In this document: piece after piece, positions 55,301 to 64,000 of the stretch
How the letters are laid out: every line of letters starts with the position of its first letter
Position numbering within the stretch: position 1 is the stretch's first letter
Position numbers and translations under genes: made by a program
Notes under the pieces: model-generated
Seen by the model: only the letters and a program-made list of their open reading frames with translations
Told to the model about the DNA's origin: nothing
Database searches by the model: none
NCBI GenBank assembly: GCA_021613535.1
Contig: CP075495.1
Coordinates: 3,658,001 to 3,722,000 of the forward strand
Reading direction: 5' to 3'
From: Adineta vaga
Taxonomy: Eukaryota; Animalia; Rotifera
DNA: 64,000 nt

Positions 55301-58300
55301 TCTTTTCTATTGCTTGAATAAAAACTTTCTCGCTTCTTCTTCACTAACAAATATATACGTACGCACATACATAACCTCTATAGCTGCCGCCGCTGCTGAA
55401 CCAACAGTCATACTCGCTGATGGTACAACAATTGTTTTACCACCTGGAACTACAGCTACTGTCGTTGCTGATACTGGTGCCACAGAAGCTATTGAAGCAG
55501 GTGGTACTGGTGCTACAACTGATGCTGCTGGTGCTACAGAAGCTATTGAAGCAGATGGTACTGGTGCTACAACTGATGCTGCTGGTGCCACAGAAGCTAT
55601 TGAAGCAGATGGTACTGGTGCTACAACTGATGCTGCTGATGCCACAGAAGCTATTGAAGCAGATGGTACTGGTGCTACAACTGATGCTGCTGATGCCACA
55701 GAAGCTATTGAAGCAGATGGTACTGGTGCTACAACTGATGCTGCTGATGTCACGGAAGCTATTGAAGCAGATGGTACTGGTGCTACAACTGATGCTGCTG
55801 TCAACAATCTTGATTTGACGACAGTTGACTCAAATATAACCACTATTTTCGATAATGAAACAACCACAGAAAGTGGTGATCAAGGAACAGGCGCAACAAC
55901 TATAGGTAGCGATTGTATGAATCTGATTTTGAATGACATGGTTTGTGCACGAACAACATCTCCAGAATGATCAACCAGTTTTCTTCCATATTTTGCTTGT
56001 TTTTTTCTCTCTCTCGCTTCGAATGCATGTGTTCGTTTCTTTTATCTTTTTGTACATTATAATTTCTTCACTAATACATATTTCTCTTTCTACTCTAGAT
56101 GTCGACGAAATTGATGGTAAGTTTCATTCAATGTTTTGAAGTTTTTGTTTGAATATGCATGTGTTTGACAAATATATATATACGTGTGTGTATGTTTATG
56201 CATGATAGCCGGCTATGATGATAACGACGAAGAGAATCCATCTGAACAGTCAACTGTAGTACCTGGAGATGGTGCTGATAAAGAAGATGATGCTATTCCA
56301 GATGAAATCGAATCTATAACAACAACAACAATGCCACCAAAAGCCGATCGAACAACACCATCGAGTTCATCGGATGATGTTGATTATTATGATGAGGAGG
56401 ATGATGATGAAGAGTCGAATACAGATTCTGGCTCTTCATCCGGTTCCAATACACAAAGTGAGATTAATTCACACATACATGTCGCTAAGTAATTTGTAAT
56501 CGTACTCATTGCTTACTAATCGATTAGCTTTTTTCTTCAATAAATACATGTCAGCTGATAGTATAATACTTAATTATATATATATTCAGCTGTTTATAAA
56601 TTAGAATTGCATGACCATCATTTATATGCTTATTTGCTTAGGACTTGCTTTTATTTATTTTAAACATAATAACTGTTAAAAAAATATGTTTTTTTGTTCT
56701 TCTCTCTCTCATTATTAGGAAACGTAACACGAGGCAATGATACTGAAGGTAAGTAAAAATATTCATAGGATATCCAATATCGAATCTGATTTTCATAGAA
56801 GCAACTGTTCCATCAAATGTTCAACCAGGTGGTCGTGTTGAACTTCGTGTTGTTGTTAGTCCTGATGTTATTCAAGTTCAACGTGGTCGAACAGTTGAAT
56901 TGACTTGTACAGTCTATGGTGGTGATCAAAATACAAATATCTATTGGATCCAAGATGAACCTGAACGCGTGAGTCATCTCATAGAATTATTTGAATAGAA
57001 ATTGTCTTTTTTCTGATTTGAATTTTTTATTTTAGCGTCATGCATTGATAGATTCTGCTGGTGAAAATGATAAACAAGTAACAGCATCTCAAGTTATCTT
57101 ACGATCACGTATTACACTTGATGATCCAAGTAAAATTGGCAAATACACATGTATGGCACAAGATGCTTCTCAAAATACTGGTTCAGCGTCTGTTACTATG
57201 CAAGAAGGTGCTGGTTATTACCCACAACCCACATATCCAGGCGGTGTTGTACCTGGACCTGCACGTAAGTAGAATCAATGTTTATTTTCATTAAACTTAA
57301 ATTAACTTTCAGCGAGTTCTGGTGGTCGTGGTTACTTACGTATTATTGCACCCGTGATGACTGAAGGTGATTATGTTGAAATTACATGTGAAGGTGCAGC
57401 ACCAGAAGATGAAAGTAGTATTCAATGGTATTTCAATAATAAAGTACGTATATATCTTCGAAATGATTTTAAAAATTATACTGAAAACGAAAAAAAAAAG
57501 AAATATTCGAAACTATCTAATGACGCTAATCTCTTTTTTCTTCTTTCTTATTTTTTTTATAGCTGCTTGAGTCATCGGTAAGTTTCTTACAGGCTTTGAT
57601 TCTAATAGATCATTCACGATTTAACATCATTGCTAAATTTAATCTTATTTTCTTTACAATGAGAATAGTCTAATTCATCAGATATAAGTTCAAACCAATC
57701 ATCATTCAGCTAAACACTAATTCTCTTAATGCTTATCGATTTTCTTCAATTGTTCATAAGTAAAAATATGAAATTATTGATTGATTCTTTTTTGTAGGTT
57801 GTCGGTGATGAACAACCATTATTTCCACGTGGTAAAACTCTTCATATTCGTCCAATTTCACGACCTTATTTGGGCAACTACCGTTGTACAGTTCCTGGCG
57901 CTGGCTATACTGATGCAAACAGTGTTTTGACATTTGCAGGTAATTCATATATAAATAGAATGTTTGAATTTCAATTATCTCTTTCAATTGTATCTAACAA
58001 GGAGCTGGTGGAAGTTCAGATCCAATTCCAGGTAAATAATCTCGTACTATTCAGTTCAAATATCATTTGTTTCTCTTTGAATAATATAGTTGGTCCTGTT
58101 CAACCATCTGGTCGTTGTAGTATTGATGAAGCAACTTGCCGTAATGGTCGTTGTATTCCTCGTGCCTATCTTTGTGATGGTAAAAATGATTGCGGAGACA
58201 ACAGTGACGAAACTTGTTCACGTAAGTTGATTTTGTTTCTCTAATGAATTGTTTTATTCAAATGTTTCTATCTATATAGAACCTAGCGGAAGTGGTAAGA

Positions 58301-61300
58301 GAATCTATGTTGCTTTTCGCTATCATTGGAAGGCAGATATAAACCGCTATAAATGCACATAACTGAGAGAAAAAAATCATAATCCTAAGACAATCAAAAC
58401 TGCTCTATTCTGCATTGCTTATTTGAAACGAAGAGAAAATGAATGAATAGAAAATATAATATCCTTTTTAAATTTCATAGGTACTGATATTTGTCAACCA
58501 AATGAAATTCGTTGTTCCGATACTAGTCGTGGACGAAAATGTGTTCAGAAATTTTGGATGTGCGATGGTGATCGGTAAGAAATTATATTTGAAAAAAAGA
58601 AATTCAACAATGATTTATGTTTTAATAAATTAATTTTAGTGATTGTGATGATGGCAGTGATGAACAACAACACTGGTGTGGTATGTTGACAAGAATGAAA
58701 ATTTGAATCATTTGTTTTTATTGCTCTTATTTTTGTTTTATAATAGAATTACTTCCTCGACAACGTTTCTGTAAACCAAGTGAATTTCAATGTGCCAGTG
58801 CTAATGGTACATACGGCAATCCAGTTTGTGTTCCACGATCATTTCAATGTGATGGTTATAATGACTGCCCTGATCGTTCAGATGAAATTGGTTGCAGTAA
58901 GTAAAATTCAAATTCAAATCATTCATTGTCTTATTGATATGAAATTTGTAAAGCTAAGCCAACGATTATTTCACCACCACAACGACAAGTTGAAATCAAT
59001 GCTGGTGAAACTTTAACTATTCAATGTACGGCTCGTGGTTCACCAGCACCATATATCAATTGGCGTCTCAATTGGGGACAAATCTGTGGCGATGGCTCAG
59101 ACAATGGTCGATGTACCATGGCACAATCATTAGATGCTAATGATCCAAGTGTTGTTACTGGTACACTTACAGTTCGTAATGTTAATGGCAATGATGGTGG
59201 TGCTTATTCATGTGAAGCTCTCAATAATCAAGGTTTCATCTTTGCTATTCCTGATGCAATTGTCAATGTTATTATTGGTTTGTAGTATTTTTCTAATGAT
59301 AATTTATATTTTCTTTTATAAAACTAGCTGGTCCAGTACCACAACCTCCATCATGTAGCTGCAATGGTCATTCAACAAGTTGTTCATCCGATGGACGATG
59401 TCTCGTATGTTGTTCTACGTTCAAGTATTTATTTTATATAATTATTTTTATTTTTTTCGTAGAATTGTCAACATAATACGGCTGGCTATAATTGCGAACA
59501 TTGTGCTCCAGGTTATCAAGGAGATGCTCGCCGTGGTACACCACAAGATTGTCAATATGTTGCGCCTCTTCCTCTTGGAAGTACGTATCTAAATTAGGAT
59601 GATGGTCGATAACTTGAGAATGAACATGCTTATTTCTTAATAGATTGTGATCCATCTGGTACACATATGGAACGTGGTGGACGTTGTATTTGCAAATATA
59701 ACGTTGAAGGTGATCGATGTGATCGATGCAAACATAATCATTTCTATTTGAATCCAACAACACCAAATGGTTGTTTACCGTGCTTTTGTTCAGGTGTTTC
59801 AAGTGAATGTCGATCATCAGACTGGAGACGACAAGCAGTAAGAGTCATCTTCTTTTTTCAGATTATTCTCCAAGTTTCTTATCTGTCATTTCATTAATTA
59901 GGTTTCTCTTTCATTGGAAAATGACTGGAATGCTGTACCAAAAAATTTTGCTACTGAACGATATGAAGCTGGTTCCAAGATTCAACGACGTCAAAATGGA
60001 CGTGAACTTGCTCTTGACCAAAATTCATTGGGTCGACCTGCTAATGAAGTTCTCTATTGGAAAGCACCTAAGGAAGCTCTTGGTGACGTTGTTACATTAT
60101 ATGATGGTAATATTGATATTCATTTTACAAATGATGGTAATGATCAAGAAGCACCAAGCAATGATGAATTTATTTGGCTTCGTGGTAATAACATTGATCT
60201 CGTTCATAAACTTCCATCAACACAACGATTCAAAGCCAATACAAATGCTACTTATTCAGTACCATGCAATGAGGTAAAAATATTGATATGAATGAAATCT
60301 GTGAACTATTCTTTTGTTTCATTTTTATCTAGCGTACATTTACACGTAAAGATGGTACACATATCGATCGAGAAAATATTCTTATGGCATTATCCGATTT
60401 GGACACTTTTCTCGTTAAAATCAATCCAATTGGTGGCCGTCGTAATGCCGTGTAAAAGATTTGAATTTGAAAATATACTGTCTTTATTGATTGTTTTTTC
60501 TCCTAACCGATTTTAGTCTTCGTGGTGTTACATTGAACGTTGCTGCTCGTGATGGTTATGCTGATAGTGCTCCAACAGTCGAATCGTGCAGTTGTCCAGC
60601 TAATTATACTGGTACATCATGTGAAAAATGTGCCCAAGGTTATGGTCGTCCACATCCATTAGTCGGTATCTATTTGGGACAATGTTGGTCATGCCGATCA
60701 TTATGTCATGAACGATCTGATCAATGCGATCGTGAAACAGGCAAATGTTCAGTATGTATTTTTTTTCTATTACGCGAGATTTACAATGAGATTTTTTTGT
60801 GATCTATTTTTAATAGAACTGTCAAGGAAACAGTGAAGGTGATCGTTGTGAACGATGTCATGCAGGTTATGTTCTTGATCCACGTAGCAATCAATGTACA
60901 CGAGAAGATCAATATGTACCATGTAAGAACTATTGCCAGTTGTATTCGAAAATAAAATATTTCTTTTAGATCCAGGATCTGAAGGTACAGGCTCACGAGG
61001 CTCGTACTTTATTGGAGAACGACCATATGGTGGAGAAGGTTCAACACCATTACGTATTGTTTTGGATAGCAATCAACCAGAACAACGTATTCCACTTCAA
61101 ATTCTCGTATGTATTTCTCAAAATAAAAACATAAGACTCTATTTGATTCTTATTTTAGAATATTCAACCACAATCAGTTGTCTGGGGTCGCACCGATGGT
61201 CGACCATTACCAAGTGGTGTGTTTCAAGAAAATAATGATCTCGTCATTCGAAATCCATCGAATGAACAATCTGGAAATTACGTTTGCACAATCACTCATC

Positions 61301-64000
61301 CTGACGGTACTATTGAACGAATTCCTGTTTACTTAGATTATCCAGGTCAGGGATATCCTGGTGACAAACCTCAACCTGTTACTGGTAAGTTTCAATAAAA
61401 TAGAATGTGTATGATCGAAGATATGTTAATGATTACAACAGATTCGCAAACGACTAAACGGAAAGGTTATCTTAATTGATGTTGTCCTATCCTTTTATCT
61501 AGTGATTGTATTGTCCTCCTTATAGAGAAAAATCCACGAAGTTACACTCCGATTTTAAACTTTCTTCTTACACTTGTTTTTAGGTGGTCTACCGCATATC
61601 TCTATTCAACCGCGTGTCATCAATTTGAAAGAAGGTCAACGTATGATTGTTCAATATACAGTTGGTGTATGTTAAATCAATCAAGTTTTTTTACATTTAC
61701 AAAACGATCGTTTTCTTCTTCTTCATTTCATTTAGTCACATGAACCCATTGAAGTTACTTGGGAAAAATTAACTGATCAAGGTTATCAACCAATCCCATC
61801 ATTATTTACTGTTGAACCTAATCGTCTTGTTCTTCAACGTGCTACACCTGATGCAGCTGGTACTTATCGAGTTGTTGTTCGTAATTCACATGGTGAAGAT
61901 AAACAAGAATTACGTATTAATGTTGAACCACGACGTGGTCGAAATCGTGGACCTCAAGTTCGTTTTCCACAAAGTCAATATGAAATTGGATATGGTGAGG
62001 TCGTCGACATTGCACCAAATATTGCAGTAAAACGAATTTAAAATTATTTCTGAATTATATTTAAACGAAATTTCAATTCTAAATTATAGGGAGCTAGTGG
62101 AGCAACAATTGTCTGGTCAAAAGATGGTTCAACCAATTTACCTCAAGGTGTAACTGCTCGTGATGATGGTTTCTTACGTATTGAAGGTCATTCACAAGAT
62201 GTTGCCGGACAATATAGTCTTGATGTAACAAATGCTCGTGGTCGTATATCAACACCACTTGTTGTTCGTTGGAAAGACGCATGTAAGAATATATTTTAAA
62301 AAAATGAATACAAACAAACTAAAATAAAAAGATTCTATCTTTGTAGCAAATAATTCGTATCGAAGACGAAGAACAAGAATAAAACTGCATAAAAACTAAA
62401 CGACTATTTACAAAACTTGACTACTTTTTTCCGTAGATAATTCCTTTAGTGAAGTCCCTTTTGTATACCCGTGCTTTATTTATTAAGAAAATTTATTTCC
62501 TCGTAGAGCTATATTTTATTAAAATATAAATTATATATTTATTTATTTATCTATTTTTTGAATATTTTAGCAAGTCAACAGGGTCAACAGGGTCAACAGG
62601 GTCAACATGGTAAGTAATATATATATATCTATATATATAGTTTATTATGTTTTATGATTCGCTTCTGCTTTTGTTTAACCTTTTAATCGCCTACATTTGC
62701 TTTTGCTTATTAATTACTTAACTAATAGCTAATCAATATCGACGAGTTCAATGGAATGTTCATCAACTTGATTTGAATGAAGGACATCGTCTTGAAGCTA
62801 TTTGTCGAACAGATGTTGATCCATCTACACTTCAGTTAGATGTTACACGTCATAATCGACAACAACGTGAACGTGTACCACTTGGTCTCTCATTTTCTAA
62901 TGGCTATCTTTCATTAGCTGCTGTTACAAAACAAGATGATGGTCTTGAATTCATCTGTTCATCAGGAGATAATTCTGATATTCTAATACTTCATGTTCGC
63001 TCATCGAGTAATGCTTTTGCAATTCTAATTCTATCATTTGCTTGCTTTGCGCATGTTTAATAGTTAACAAAAATTTTCCTTTTTTCTTAAAGCAAATACC
63101 AATGATTTTTTTCTTCGTTACAGGTGCTGATGGTCAAGATCATCAACGTAGTTATATTCAAGTTTATCTTCAATCACGTGATGAACAAAGTCATCAAGTC
63201 GGACGTGATATTTACTTACAATGTACCGTTCAAGGAAGTGTTGAACGTCCATATGAATTCTCATTTACTAAAGATGGTCGACCATTAGAAAATAGTAAGC
63301 ACATTTTATTGATCTACAATGAAAAAATATATGTCTTCTTCTATTTTAATAGATGTCGAAGTACATCCTGATGGTTTATTACTTATTCGTAATGCTCAAG
63401 CTCAAGATGCTGGTCGTTATCGGTAAGATATATCTTTCTAAGAACTAATTCAAAATGAAATTGTTTTCTCAAATATTGTAGATGTGAAGTTAACTTCCCA
63501 CGTACACCAGAAGCTGGTACACAAGAAAGTAGTTATGATCTTCGTCTTGATGGTGCTTCAGCAAGTGGTTATGAACAAAATTATCAACATGGCGGTGATC
63601 ATGGACAACAAAGTGGACATGTTGAAGTCACTGTTGAACCATCCGAAGTAACTCTTCAACGTGGTCAAAAAGCAACAATTACATGTCGAGTTAAAGGTGC
63701 TGATCAATACAAAGTAACATGGGGTCAATATGCACATGATACAAGTCTTCCTAGTTTCGCTCGTGTACGTATTTCTATCATAGTTTTGAATTAATCTATC
63801 ATGTTTTTTTTTCTTCTATAATTTACATATTAATAGCAAGAAGGAAATGATGTTATCATTGCTCCTACTGCTGATACACCTGATTCTCAGACGTATTTTC
63901 AATGTCAAGTTGATATCCCAGGTCAAGGTCAACCAAATACTGCTTATGCACCGGTCAATATTCAAGGTGGAGATCAATCAAGTAAGAAGAAGAAGAAGAG
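52386..64000 (+). CDS. HSPG2: Perlecan (basement-membrane heparan sulfate proteoglycan core protein), 5' portion; start exon tentative
   Basis: Domain order: LDLa, Thr/Ala/Asp-rich mucin-like region, Ig, Ig, three LDLa (e.g. [13 protein letters not shown]), Ig (INWRLNWG), laminin EGF, laminin IV, laminin EGF ([16 protein letters not shown]), multiple Ig; runs off the window end. Confidence 0.9.
55479..55802 (+). repeat. Coding minisatellite, 6 x 54 bp ([17 protein letters not shown][G/D/V]), in a perlecan exon
   Basis: Six near-identical contiguous 54-nt units without spacers. Confidence 0.95.

Noticed and set aside
55479-55802. Possible CRISPR-like array
   Set aside because: Units are contiguous with no unique spacers, are a multiple of 3, and lie in a perlecan exon; the context is eukaryotic
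55307-55867. Antisense 186-aa and alternate-frame 132-aa ORFs
   Set aside because: Shadows of the stop-free coding minisatellite

Overview
AT-rich, gene-dense eukaryotic (metazoan) DNA with short GT-AG introns of about 50-70 nt. Gene content and style (intronless 'LACIDRY' GPCR, N-terminal F-box orphan, methyl-end desaturase, non-metazoan-looking glycosyltransferases) suggest a bdelloid rotifer, Adineta-like; this is an inference. About 22 genes can be assembled by hand, in order: two tandem ATP10-type P4-ATPases, a GPCR, a small acidic protein with one BRC repeat, RPL35A, ARP6, a membrane-anchored YccV-domain protein, two tiny Pro/His/Tyr/Cys-rich proteins, Vps55/LEPROT, TBC1D25, an F-box protein, PP1c, Speedy/RINGO, ferroportin, an omega desaturase, aralar, an exostosin/GT47-like enzyme, TEPP/SPMIP8, a QRICH2/C16orf96-like protein, a GT61 enzyme, a myristoylated His-rich orphan, and the 5' part of perlecan. 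The best novel candidate is the stand-alone 196-aa single-BRC-repeat acidic protein (a putative RAD51/DMC1 regulator), whose BRC motif is split by an intron and missed by the ORF track. Also notable: patchy gene conversion between the flippase paralogs, a sperm/axoneme gene pair, candidate trans-spliced operons, a catalytic micro-exon in PP1, and a micro-exon-rich perlecan with a truncating alternative last exon. Family calls rest on motifs recognised from memory; no searches were run.
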